Positions 47,501 through 60,500 of a stretch of 64,000 nt of DNA are shown here, piece after piece. Position numbers and translations under genes: made by a program. The DNA comes from Podarcis erhardii (lineage: Eukaryota), in the NCBI GenBank assembly GCA_964252035.1, contig OZ176205.1; one strand, 5' to 3'. Numbering within the stretch: the first letter of the stretch is position 1; each line of letters begins with the position of its first letter. The notes under the pieces were generated by a model. It was given only the letters and a program-made list of their open reading frames with translations. It had not been told where the DNA came from and did no database searches.

Positions 47501-50500
47501 AAAAGAGGAACATGTGGATGGTCGAAGTTACTTGATAGTGGTCCCACTTTGACTCTTGGGTTATATGGTTGGACTCTAAGGTTCTCTGCTCATTAAGCTC
47601 CTGGTATATGACAGCATTTCAACCTAAAAACTGGGCATTGGCACAGATTGCCCTGCTGAGAAATGGCTGTCTTTCTGGGCTGCCTGGCTACCGCTGGGTG
47701 CACAGCTGAGCATGAGCCACATTGCCCAGCAACCCCTGTGCGCAAGGGCATTTGCTGGGAACAATGTTGCTTCCCTGTTCTTGTGGAATTGAGATGCGGA
47801 TCACTGGCTGCTTTGACAACACAGGAGGTCTCTAGGCAGGACGTAGGATCTCGGAATAGGATGATCACCCCTTATGTCCAACCTTCTAGTCTGGTGTGAG
47901 TGTGGACTTCATTCCCCGCTCAATCCCCATGCACATTGTCTGTCTGGAAAGTGGCATTGCATGAACTTGCCATTTGCATGGCCTTTGGCATTCCCATCTC
48001 ATTGTCATGATACCCTATGCCCTTCCTGCTTATTCTACTTGCATATCTCCTGCTGAACCAGATTACTTCCCTGCTTCCTCAATGTCCACCATTAAAGCAG
48101 CGCTTGCACACACATGCCCTACTGATAGCCTACGTGTGTGGTTACAGTGATTGAGATATTAAATTCTTATAGGAAAACATTTTCTCGGCAGCAAAATAGT
48201 GACCGATCACCAAAACATTTTACTATATGAATTTAATGTATCCAATAAACTAATCCCATTAGTGCACGGATTTCCATTTGGGCAATGGAACTTTCCCTCC
48301 TCCTCCTCCCCACCCCCATTTCTTCCCCAGATCTGCTCCAAAGAGTTGGAGAAAACTTCAGAACAGATTTAGGGGACGCTCAAAGAAAGCAAGAGAGGGG
48401 AGGTTCTGTTGCACAGTCCAAAGTCCTTGCACTAAGAGAACCACTTCTCTGGGTACCACCCAATATCTCTGTTTTGTTAGTCACTGTAATAAATATATGC
48501 TTTTAATAATTAATTGCATCCTTTCAAGATCCAGAGCAACACACACACACACACACACCCCTGCAGCCTTTTGTATGATACAGTCGTACCTTGGTTGTTG
48601 AACTTTACCTGTTCCGGCAGTCCGTTCGAGGCACAGCTTCCGATTGGCTGCAGGAGCTTCCTGCACTCAATTGGAAGCCACGTCAGATGTTCAGCTTCTG
48701 AAAAACATTCACAAACTTCTGGGTTTTCAGCATTCAGGAGCCAAAACGTCTGAGTACCAAGGCATTTGAGAACCAAGGTATGACTGTACTAAGACTGCAG
48801 TTCTGAGCACACTTACTCGGGCAATGGTGACGTTTACTTGTGAGTAAACATGCATAGAATTGGACGATAAAATTGTAAGTCATAGCCAATGCTGGATTCT
48901 CAGCAGAAGTGGCTGTCCTGCGAAGCACCTTAACCTGAAAGGTCTCACACCAACCATACTCAGAAGGACCTGTACAGATCTGTATAACACATCCTTTCAT
49001 GGGACTGTACCTGCATACACCATCATTGCTGGCTACAACAAGAAACATCATGCATTAGTCTCAGGCTGTTTGAAAGATCAGAGCCTGCCTTTTGGAGCTC
49101 TGACCCCACAGTTATTTGGGAGCACTCCTTATTGTGCACCTTGAGATCTCTAAGCAGAAACATCTATGACTGTTGCCCTTTCCTGTACACATTGCTCAGT
49201 GGCAGAAGGGTGACATCCAGGCTCTGATTTCCACAAAAATGGGCTAAGACTACAATGAGGAAGTCCAAAACAGGTAAGACACTTCTTTTCTAAGTCACCT
49301 GGTTTCACGTTAGCTTGGAATTTAGTTTAGATCCAGTTCACAGTCCAAAGCAGGTTGCACCCACTATGATGATGCCATCTACACTTACTGGCTGAGAAAG
49401 CCAAACCTATCAGTCCCAATTCAGCTTCATTCTTATTCTCATTGCCATGACATCATACTCAGTGTAGAGAGGCACAAACATTTCCAGACTATGGAGAAAC
49501 ACAGACTCCAGCCATCCAGAATCTAGAGCCATGAGTGGATACCAAGAGAAGCTTGTCCGTCTTCACCTCCATGAAGCATTTATGCACCCCAACACATCCA
49601 TGGTTCGTCACTGGTGTTTCACCTTTCCTCCCTGAAGCCCTGGAATCTCGCTGCAAAAGGTTATCAGTAGAAGTACTAAGAATACTATCTGCTTAAAACC
49701 CTGCAGCAACATTGAGTCAAAGTAGACTATGTTGAGGCTGATGGATCAATTGTGTGACACATGATAAGTAAGCTTTTTAAATACTCTGCAGCCCTGTAGC
49801 TGCATTCTCCCCTACAACTATCAAGCTGCACCCAGGAATTGTGGTGCAGGTAAACATTCAGTTTCAGAGCACATGTGACATATTGTTTTAGCCCGTCAGT
49901 TCCTGTCATGCGTACAAAGAGAATGCAGGCATGAGGTGGCCTCTGAGTTCACACAGGGCTGGTGTGCTGAGTGACGTAATTGATCCATCCTCCCGCAATG
50001 ACCAAAAGCTGGCCTAGTGACCTTCTGCTTTCTCCTGACAGAAACGGATGATGCCATGCGCTCCTTCGCAGAGAAGGTCTTTGCCTCAGAGGTGAAGGAT
50101 GAAGGGGGCCGGCACGAAATCTCTCCCTTTGATGTGGAGGATGTCTGCCCCATATCACATCATGAAATGCAACAGCATATGATCAAGGAGGAGGAGAGTT
50201 CAAGTGACACTGGGAAAAAGTGAGAGTTCTGTGTATGTGTGCATGCGCTGGTGGGATAATGGGAAATTTGGGCTGAGGGAGGAGCCATGAAAGATTGGAT
50301 GGGTAACCTAGTAAGGTGTGGCTCAGATAGATCCTGTGCCAGATGTGTGCTGATCACAGTACTCTGAAGCATCATAATGCAGGCGCCAGATACAGTTGCA
50401 CTAACACTAAGGAAAGGCGGCATGAATGTGAAAAGAGCTGGTTCCTGAACCTTGGAAGACTTGTGTTTATGGGAAACTACAGAGTGGCTAATTCCAGTCG

Positions 50501-52728
50501 GAGCAGCCACCAGCACAGAGTGCACCATCTGTACTAGCGCCCCTTAATCATCAGAGCAGACCAAGTGATTAAGTATTTTGAAGATTAGCTTAAAACGAAA
50601 CCATTTGCTCATGTAGATTTTCAAAACTGATGTGGATATAAAACATTCCCCAAGCCACTTAGCTGGAATTGTTGGAAGAGTAGCATTTGCCCTATGTTTC
50701 TAGGCATTGAACAGTTTTGAGCTGTTCTCAACCACATTGCTTTCCTATGGAAGAATGGAGTATTTCCATGTGATAATAAGGATGGCAGATAGGTAGCTTT
50801 TCACTACAAGCAAGTGTGAAAGACATGGTCTTATTTGTCCTTTTGATTTCCATAACTGTGCCTATTGTCAATACTACCTGAGCAGTGGCACTTTGCTCCT
50901 ATTCCTCAGTGGCTTACTCTGACCCCATAATTTGTATGCTCTGCTTCCTCGTGGAAATGTCTTTAGATACAGATTACAAATTTGCTGAAGAAGCTAGTCA
51001 ATTCAGAGAAGGTTCAAAAGCACACCAGAAAGACCCTAGTTCTGAATCTATTTATAGAATGTATAGTTCAGCTTCTTCACAAGTGATCCTTGGGCAGATC
51101 ACAACAACAACAACAACAACAACAACAAAAGACAATAAAATGTAATTAAAACATACCACTAACACTTCCTCTCTCCTTTTTCAAAAACCAATTCAAAGGC
51201 TTTTTGAATTGGAGGAAGAGAAAGATCTTCAGTTGGTGCCACAAAATAGGCATGGTAGGTGCCAGCCAGTCTTCAGGGTGCCATTACTGACAAGGCCTTC
51301 CACAATACAGTATATAAAGACATTTGTATATTCCTTTGCTACCCCCCTCCAGGATCATGAAATATCAGCCAAACTTTCAATGTAGCCAGAGCTATGGGAA
51401 GTGTATGGTGAATTGACCATGCAATACAGATGACTGCTGCCAAAGCAGAGACAAAACTATATGAAATGAGTTTCCATTTGTGTCGCTTTCCTTTTCTTCA
51501 TCCTTCCTAGGAAGAAGAGGCTCTTGCGGCTGAAGACCATTGCACTGCTTGTTCCTACTGCAGGAAAGTCTTCAACCAAACTGTCCACCTTAGATGAGGT
51601 CATCTCCAGCAGTGCTTCGTATCAAGCTGTTCCCAAATTCCAGCGTGTTCAGATCACGGGCGACTATGCTGCAGGGGTCAGTAGCTGGAGGTGCCAAAGC
51701 ATCTCCTATCATGGATGAGCCTATTCTGCTGCCTCTTCTTCCATTTTGTTAGATGTGGTACTCCCAATACTGACTTTTCAGTTGCAACATTGGAGGGGGG
51801 GGGAGGTAACCCTCCTGTTTTTCAGGGCTTCCCTGAATAATAATAATATTAAAAAGTCTGTTCAGGGCTGGTACACACCATATATTTAAAGCAGACCTCA
51901 CCTGTAGTTTCTTAAGGATGCTGGGTTTTGTAGCTCAGTGGTAAACTACAGTTCCCAGGTTTCTTTGGGAGTGCTTTAAATGTATAGTGTGTGTGCTAAC
52001 TGCAAGTGGGATTGACAAGGGAAGTAAAATAAAGTGTGTTCAGAGAATTAAAAAAATAGCCCTCCAAAACAAAAATGTCACGAAGTGGATATAATCAAGC
52101 ATTGTGCTTACAGAGCACTTGAAAAATGTGGTCCACTCCCCTCCTCCAGCACTGCCTTGAGAAAGAATATCTGCTGGCTTTATGCAGTAGATGGGGAACA
52201 AAGGCACATTTATTGGGCACAAACCCCGATCACGTAGAAAAGGCTTGCTGCTCTTTCCAGATCTTCATCCCCCATACCCCCACCCATTTCAAGTTGCAAG
52301 AGACACAGCCCCGAAATGGAATGAGAGGAGGCAGAGTTCAGTGGCACTCCTACAACTAACCTTAGCTGTGTCCTTAGGCTAGCTGTGTCTGTGTTTTGAG
52401 TGGCCTAACTTGAACCTGTTGAGAAATAAATCAAATATGGGGGGATTTGCTGGGTCAAGGGATATTGATGCAATTGAAGTGGGAACATCCTGGTGCTCAA
52501 AATAGCTCCAACAGCTGGATCCTGCCATGTCCCTGATCACCTTTCATTGCCAGCCTTGGTGGGTTATTGGAAGACATGGCTGCTGCTGGAATATACTCTG
52601 TACTCTCTCCTTCACTCGAGCAACCATACTGGGCTGTGTCCCACAGACGGCTCCAAGTTTAAGCAAAGTTCTTGCTGTGGCCTCCCTCCTGGGTGGGCTT
52701 CCTTTGCAGCATTGTGAAAAAAAGTGGT

Positions 52729-52783
<55 letters not shown>

Positions 52784-55700
52784 GTCTAATTGTAGGGAGC
52801 AGAAAGGGTCCTGTGAGTGACAATCTCCCAATGTCGGCCATTTTGTTTTCCTTACCATAGCCCAGGAGTTGTGATGGCCCAGAGCATTGTGGGGAAAATA
52901 AAATGGCAGACGCCAGCTAAATGGCAGCCACCAGAGCTCAACGAGGACAGGCCCTGCCAGGGACATGGGAGCTGCAATAGCTGCCATGTGCTGATGCTGG
53001 GCCTGCTTCATTCTCATTGCTATTGTTATCCCCACCACCACCTCCAACCAGGCATGCTGGGAGAACACTCTTTATAAGGATCTCACAGTGCAAGAGTAGG
53101 GAACTTTAGGCCCATCTGTCCCCCATGCCTCTCCATCTGGTCATTGGGATACTCCACAGGCCACTCCCTCCCCCTACCAGCCACACTATCTCTCCTCAGG
53201 CTACAGCCTTTGCCAGTCTTGCCTCACACTTTCCATGAGCGTTTTGGTTTTTGCATGATTTGAACTCTGAGAATCCCCTTTCCTTGCCTGATGTATTATC
53301 TGTATCATTTATTATTCCTATGACAGACCCTCCAAGTGTCTCTATTTACCAGGGAGAGTCCCAGATTTACAGAAGCCATCCTGGTTTCTGATTTGATCCC
53401 ACAATGTCCTGCTTTTCCTTAGGCTGTCCCTATTTTCACTGGAGAAATGTCAGAGGGTTTGGAATAGGGCATCCCTATTTTCATCAGAGAAATGTTGGCG
53501 GGTATGGTAGGATGTCCCTATTTTCCTCAGAGAAATGTCAGAGGGTATGGAATAGGACATCCCCATTTTCATTGGAGAAATGTTGAAGGGGAAGTCTCTA
53601 TTTTCATCAGAGAAATGTTGGAAGGTATGGAATAGGGCTAAAGTGCCCTTTTGTGGTTTTCAGCACACCTGGGTTTTTCCCCCTTTTGTTTTGTAATTTC
53701 TGTCTTTTTTTATCAGTGCCAGAAGTTTTAACAAATATTTCCACAGGTGACAGTGGAGGATTTTGAAGTGGTCTGCAGAGGCCTATACCGTGCCCTGTGT
53801 ATCCGGGAGAAGTACATGCACAAATCTTTCCAGCGTTTCCCCAAGACTCCCTCCCAGTTCTTGCGCACTATTGAAAGTGAGGTGTGGAAGCCAAATGACG
53901 ACCTGCTTCCAGGTAAGTACCCAGGCAGGCTGTGCAGGCTGTACTGGGTGACTGGGCTTGTGGGTGTGACAGCAAGACAGTAGGTATCAGTGGAGGGCAC
54001 TGTGGAGAATTGCATTAGCTGCTTTAATCTTTTTTTAAAAAACAACAACACCACACTCCTGTCTGTGCAGAGCTGGTGTGCTGAGCATGCAGAACACTTA
54101 CGAACATAGGGAGCTGCCTTAGACTGTTGGTCCATCTGGTTCAGTATTGTTTACACTGACTGGCAGCAGCAATCCAGGGTTTCAGACAGGAGTCTCCTCC
54201 AGCCCTGCCTGGAGATGGCCAGGGGTTGAACCTGGAGTCCACTGCCTTCCATTCAGATGCTCTACCACTGGGCTATGGGCCTTCCTTACTTAGAAGTAAG
54301 AGCACAGTGAGAGCAGCTTTCTGCCGGAGCCATTGAGAGCCAGGCCTTTGCAAAGACTTGAGGAGAGGAGCTTCCCAGATGGAGTTGTAGAGGTTTGGCA
54401 TCGCTCCTCCACCTTGGCTCACATTCCTATCTGAGCAAGTTTTTTTGGGATTTACTATGAATACTGTCAAGGTAGTCAGAGAATCTGAATGACATGTAGC
54501 CTTGGCCTTAGGGCTGTATGTCTTGTGCTGGACCTTTTTCCAGCGTGCAATGTCATGCCATATTTTGGCTTAGCTTTGGTGACTCACCCAGTCTACCATT
54601 TTCAATCTCAGCCCCCTGTTTTCCCATGTTACAAAGAACAGCCTGGCCTAAGTGGAGTTCTCATGCTTCTATCACACAGGCCTCATAACAGGTTGGAATA
54701 TAGGAAACTCCCTTTCGCCACATCATCTAGCCTGCTGTTGTCTACTGTGACTGGCCGAGGCTTTCCAAAAGACATCTTAGCTCGGGTTAGAAATGTAACA
54801 GGGAGAAATGTAAAGTATTGCACTTGGGCAAAAAAAATGAGAGGCACAAATACAAGATGGGTGACACCTGGCTTGAGAGCAGTACATGTGAAAAGGATCT
54901 AGGAGTCTTGGTTGACCACAAACTTGACATGAGCCAACAGTGTGACGCGGCAGCTAAAAAAGCCAATGCAATTCTGGGCTGCATCAATAGGAGTATAGCA
55001 TCTAGATCAAGGGAAGTAATAGTGCCACTGTATTCTGCTCTGGTCAGACCTCACCTGGAGTACTGTGTCCAGTTCTGGGCACCACAGTTCAAGAAGGACA
55101 CTGACAAACTGGAACGTGTCCAGAGGAGGGCAACCAAAATGGTCAAAGGCCTGGAAACGATGCCTTATGAGGAACGGCTAAAGGAGCTGGGCATGTTTAG
55201 CCTGGAGAAGAGGAGGTTAAGGGGTGATATGATAGCCATGTTCAAATATATAAAAGGATGTCACATAGAGGAGGGAGAAAGGTTGTTTTCTGCTGCTCCA
55301 GAGAAGCGGACACGGAGCAATAGTTCCAAACTACAAGAAAAAAGATTCCACCTAAACATTAGGAGGAACTTTCTGACAGTGAGAGCTGTTCGACAGTGAA
55401 ATTTGCTGCCAAGGAGTGTGGTGGAGTCTCCTTCTTTGGAGGTCTTTAAGCAGAGGCTTGACGACCATATGTCAGGAGTACTCTGATGGCGTTTCCTGCT
55501 TGGCAGGGGGTTGGACTCGATGGCCCTTGTGGTCTCTTCCAACTCTATGATTCTATTCTATGATTCTATGATATCATCTTCCATCTGATCCTTTTTTTTA
55601 ACTGGAGAGGGCTAGAATTGAGCAAGAAACCTATTGCATGAAAAACATGTGCAAAGGGGTATTTTTTTAGTCTGTACCTGAATCAGGCTTTAATTCTCTG

Positions 55701-57473
55701 GTCTAGACTTCCATTATATCAGATCCATCTACATACAAGATGAAAAGGGGCCTGTGAATCAAACGAGGATATGATGTAAAGCAGGGATAGCCGACAGGTA
55801 CCCTTGGGATGCTGTTGGACTTCAACTCCCATCAGCCCTAGCTAGCATGGCCAGTGGTCAGGGGTAGTGGAAGCTGTAGTCCAGCAATAAATGAAAGGCG
55901 CTGTGTTGGCTAGCCCTGGTGTGAGGTATGAAAAGCCTAGGCACCCGTTATCTTAGGGCTAGAGCCCTGACCGTGCTGCTTCTCCTTCTGCCTTTCTGGA
56001 CTGCCACAGCAGTAGGCTGCACCTTTGAGGAGGAGGCAGGACTTTCCCATTTCTGGGAATGCTTTTCACTACACACTCAAAACAAAAGATATGTGCAATT
56101 ACTAAAACACACCTAAGCTAGTTATTAGTCACACGGAATAAATTGGATTTTAGGATTGTGCTACAAGAGGCAGCATCTTGTTAACGGATACTCATGCAGT
56201 CGGGAGCCAAAATTAGCTAAAACAAAGACAGAAATTGTAGCAAAAACATCTGCATGCAGTGGATGGATAGTGGTGGCGTTCTCTCATGGGGATTTCAGTC
56301 AGTCTCAGTCCTGGCAGTCATGTGGTTTCCTTAGCGGTGTAGAAATTAATTCTTGCAGGTTGATAGCTGTAAGAGAAGCATGCTAAAGACCCCCAAGCCT
56401 TTTCCTTTGTCCTTCCCTTGTTCAACGTTAGCGCACTTTCCTCTTGATTTTAGTGTTCTCTCCCCCTGTGAAGAAAGACGAAGATCCCTTCCAGTCTGGC
56501 AACTTGCCCGAGAATCTGGGCTACCATGTGGAAATGAAAGAAGGTGTGGTATACATCTATGCTGACAAAGCTGCTGCTGCCAGGGGTGAGCCCAAGGACC
56601 TGCCCTACCCTAACCTGGATGTCTTCATTGATGACATGAACTTCCTCCTGGCTCTTATAGCTCAGGGACCTGTGTAAGTGTCTTAGAGGTATGGCCCCAT
56701 CGCACATAAGTAGGGCCAGCCCAAGAGATTTTTGAAGCCTCAGGCAGAAAATACAAAGAGAGCCCAGCCTGCAATGAAAAATGTAACAGTGAGCTAAAAA
56801 CCAATGTGCTTCCTTTTATTGAAGTCCAGGGTTTGCTGCCTAAGGTGGCTGCTGCTGTCCTGGGTTTGCCCTGAATAGGAAAAGGGCAAAAGTCAAGCCA
56901 ACCCAAGGCAGTGCACATATATCCCTGTGGCAATGACTTCTGCTGTCCCGGGTCACTTGCTCTGGAATGTGACCTTTATCAAGCTGTCGTGTGACAGCAG
57001 CAGGGTTACTTCTGGCTGGCAAATGTTGGTTGCGTTGGCAAGCTGGTGAACCTGGGCTCGGTCACTTATTCTGCGAGTGGCTTATTTGAGACGATGCTCT
57101 TTCCTTTGACTGTTGCAGCAAAACCTACACACACCGACGCCTTCGGTTCCTCTCCTCCAAGTTCAGCGTGCATGAGATGCTGAATGAGATGGAAGAGCTG
57201 AAGGAGCTGAAGAACAACCCCCACCGGGACTTCTATAATTGCCGTAAGGTGAGGGATCTGTCCAAGGTGTTGCCTCCTCAAGCAGGAGTGGCTGATCTTT
57301 GTCACCCTCTGGGGCTGCAGAGCAAAGTGGGTGTGGCCAAAGTGTAGGTGTGGGTGTGGCCAATATTTTTTAAAGGGCAAATTTTGCAGGATCATAAAAA
57401 TTACAGCAAAGGATATTTATTTGATTATGTGAACTGCCCTGAGACCTCCGGGTATAGGGCAGTATATAAATTC

Positions 57474-57508
<35 letters not shown>

Positions 57509-60500
57509 GGTCAGTATCTTTTTAAATTTAAAAATGTTTTTTTAAAAAAATGTTTATTCGTAATGGATGGATTTGGGAGTTTGGGGGATTAACAAAACCT
57601 TTTGGACCCAGTGCTGCCAGAGGAGAGGTAGTCAGTAAACATATTTTTAAATATTATTATTTTAATTTACAAGATTTGGGGGGCCTTGGATGGCCACAAA
57701 AAAACCCCTACACATGTGGCACCGTAATATTATCATAATATCACATTCTGGCCTCCCCCTGCAAAACTAGTGGGAGTGCATTAAGAGCTACAAAAAAGTC
57801 TGGTATCACAGTGGAAGGCCAATAGGGGCAGTAAATAAAATAAAATAAAATAAAATACAGCATTTAACTATATTTTTTTTAAGGCAAATGGGAGAGGGTT
57901 GTGGGGGATGAATGAGACCTGCAAGTTGTGGGTTAGGTACCCTGGCCTTAAGGTACAATGGTGTACCTCATCAGTGCCTCCTCCAATATCATTGCTGTGG
58001 TGGGTTCTGTGGGAGGGAGGCATCTGCAGTCACCATCACCTCCTAGGCTGACTTTTCTCTTCTCTTAACAGATCGACACACACATCCATGCTGCAGCTTG
58101 CATGAACCAGAAGCACTTGCTGCGATTCATTAAGAAGTCTTACCGGGAAAATGCTGACAGGGTTGTGTACAAATCCAAGGACAAGACCTTGACGCTCAAG
58201 CAGCTTTTTGAGCAGCTCAACCTTCACCCTTATGACCTGACTGTGGACTCCCTTGACGTCCACGCAGTGAGTCCTGCTTTTCCTTTCCAGTACAGGAGAT
58301 CTCCCACCCTTCCCCATGGTCTCTGTCATATGACTGGCTGTGGCTAATTACTCCCCCCCCCAGCTGTTGCTGTCCCGCTATCTCTACCTCCTACAAGTAT
58401 TCTTTGCTCTGTGCATCTAGCCAATGACTCCTCCTCCTCCTCCATGTCACAGGGCCGGCAGACCTTCCAGCGCTTTGACAAGTTCAACGCCAAGTATAAC
58501 CCGGTGGGTGCCAGTGAGCTGCGTGATCTCTACCTCAAGTCTGAAAATGCCATCAATGGTGAATACTTTGCCACCATCATCAAGGTTAGAGACTATGGTA
58601 TGCAAGGGTTTGTGTCTGTGCGGCTGGTAGACTGAGGATAAGGCCAGTTCCTGGAAACAGATCAGGTAATCCCTTTCCCTTTTTATTTCGCAGGAGGTTG
58701 GCTCTGACCTGGAGGATGCCAAGTACCAGTATGCAGAGCCACGGCTCTCCATCTATGGGCGTTCACCGGAAGAGTGGCCAAAATTAGCCAGCTGGTTCAA
58801 CGCACACCGTGTTTATTCACCCAATATGAAGTGGATGATCCAAGTGCCCAGAATCTAGTAAGTACTGGTGGGGGCAATGTTTGATCAGGTCAGAATTGCC
58901 AAATTCCATGTATAGATCTGATTAACCCAGATTCCTCCTATTTCACTAATTATGGGCCCCTCCATGCAGCCGACCCCCTCAGTACTTCACCTCTCTCACC
59001 TATCTCCTGGCCTGAAAGTGAAGGTTTCTCTTCCTTTCCATGCCTGTTTCCTAGTGTGTTGCCTATGGTCTTGGGCAGGTGCAGTGGAGCGGGAGCATAT
59101 GGGATCCTTCAAGGGGACTGGACTCAGGGGAAGCCATCTACAAGGATTCTGGCTCAAGTCTGCAGACTTATGACCGCTAGTCTCAGGTTCAGTAGCAGGA
59201 GCCTGGCTCAGTTCCTTACCTGGTAGTATCATAGCCCTGAGTTTGGCTGGCTCTTCTTCCTCTGACTCTGATTGAGTTCAAGGCCAGGGCCATGACACTA
59301 TCTGGATTTTCTTTGGTTTCCTTTGGGTTCTATGGGGCAAAGCAAAATGAGCAGGAAGCTGGGACACAGCTGGGACAAAGTATGTGCTTCAGGACTGAGT
59401 TCACTTGCTTCATCTCAGTTGCTTCTGCCATTTGCAGCCCGCTTACATTTTCCTTTCTCTCAAACGTCCCACGTAAGTGATATGGAAATGAGCAGAAGTG
59501 TTTCTGTCTCCTCTCAGTGATGTGTTCAGGTCAAAGAACTTTTTGCCACACTTTGGGAAGATGCTGGAGAACATTTTCGTGCCAATATTTCAGGCGACAA
59601 TCAACCCACAGGACAACAAGGAGCTGAGTGTGTTTCTGCGCCATGTGAGTACTATTGCCCAGAGGCACCCTGGGCCTAATCCTAGTGCAGTGACAGTAGG
59701 GTGACAGAGAGAGTGACCAATACAGCACCAGAAACCTGAGGGTGTATCTAAGTCAGCATATTGTCAACCAGATCTGGCCAAGGGTCCACCTCACTGAAGG
59801 TGACGCCTGGTAGATACTACATAAGAAATGACAACACCTACATGTAACCATTATTGGATTCCAGTCTTCCAGCTTCAACAAGGTAGCACCTTGGACAGAG
59901 GTGGCCACTCTGTCCCCCTGCAGCAGAGGGTGACTGTTGGGTAATGGGAATTAGAGGCTATCGGCTTCATGTTATTTGGTGAAGGTGGACTTGCTTTTGG
60001 AGTTGGTCCCTTCCTCAGAACCAATTGTACGATTTGCAGATTACTGGTTTTGACAGTGTGGATGATGAGTCCAAGCACAGTGGACACATGTTCAGCACCA
60101 AGAGCCCCAAGCCGGAGGAGTGGTCCCATGAGAAGAACCCCTCCTATACATACTATGTGTACTACATGTATGCCAACATCATGGTCCTCAATCATCTCCG
60201 ACGGTGAGTCCCAGCCTGGGCAGAAGGATTATTGCCAGGTGAAAGGCTTTGATTACAAATAACCTGCACCAACATTTAGTACAGTGTTTCTCAAACCCCA
60301 GCTGTTGTTGGACTACAGCTCCCTTCATCCTTAACTACTGGTCCTGCTAAAACAAAATAAAAAAATTCCTTCCAGTAGCACCTTAAAGACCAACTAAGTT
60401 AGTTCTAGGTATAAGCTTTCGTGTGCATGCACACTTCTTCAGATACACACAGTCCTGCTAGTCAGGGATGATGGGTGTTATAGTACAACAACAAGTTTGA

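Noticed and set aside
52544-53068. 174-aa antisense ORF with ERKK repeats
   Set aside because: It is kept open by the (TTTC)n microsatellite and adjacent repeat remnants.
53428-53640. CRISPR-like array
   Set aside because: Eukaryotic intron; the units are contiguous degenerate repeats without unique spacers.
54818-55399. 193-aa ORF as a nested gene
   Set aside because: It is the C-terminus of CR1 ORF2 in a 5'-truncated copy.
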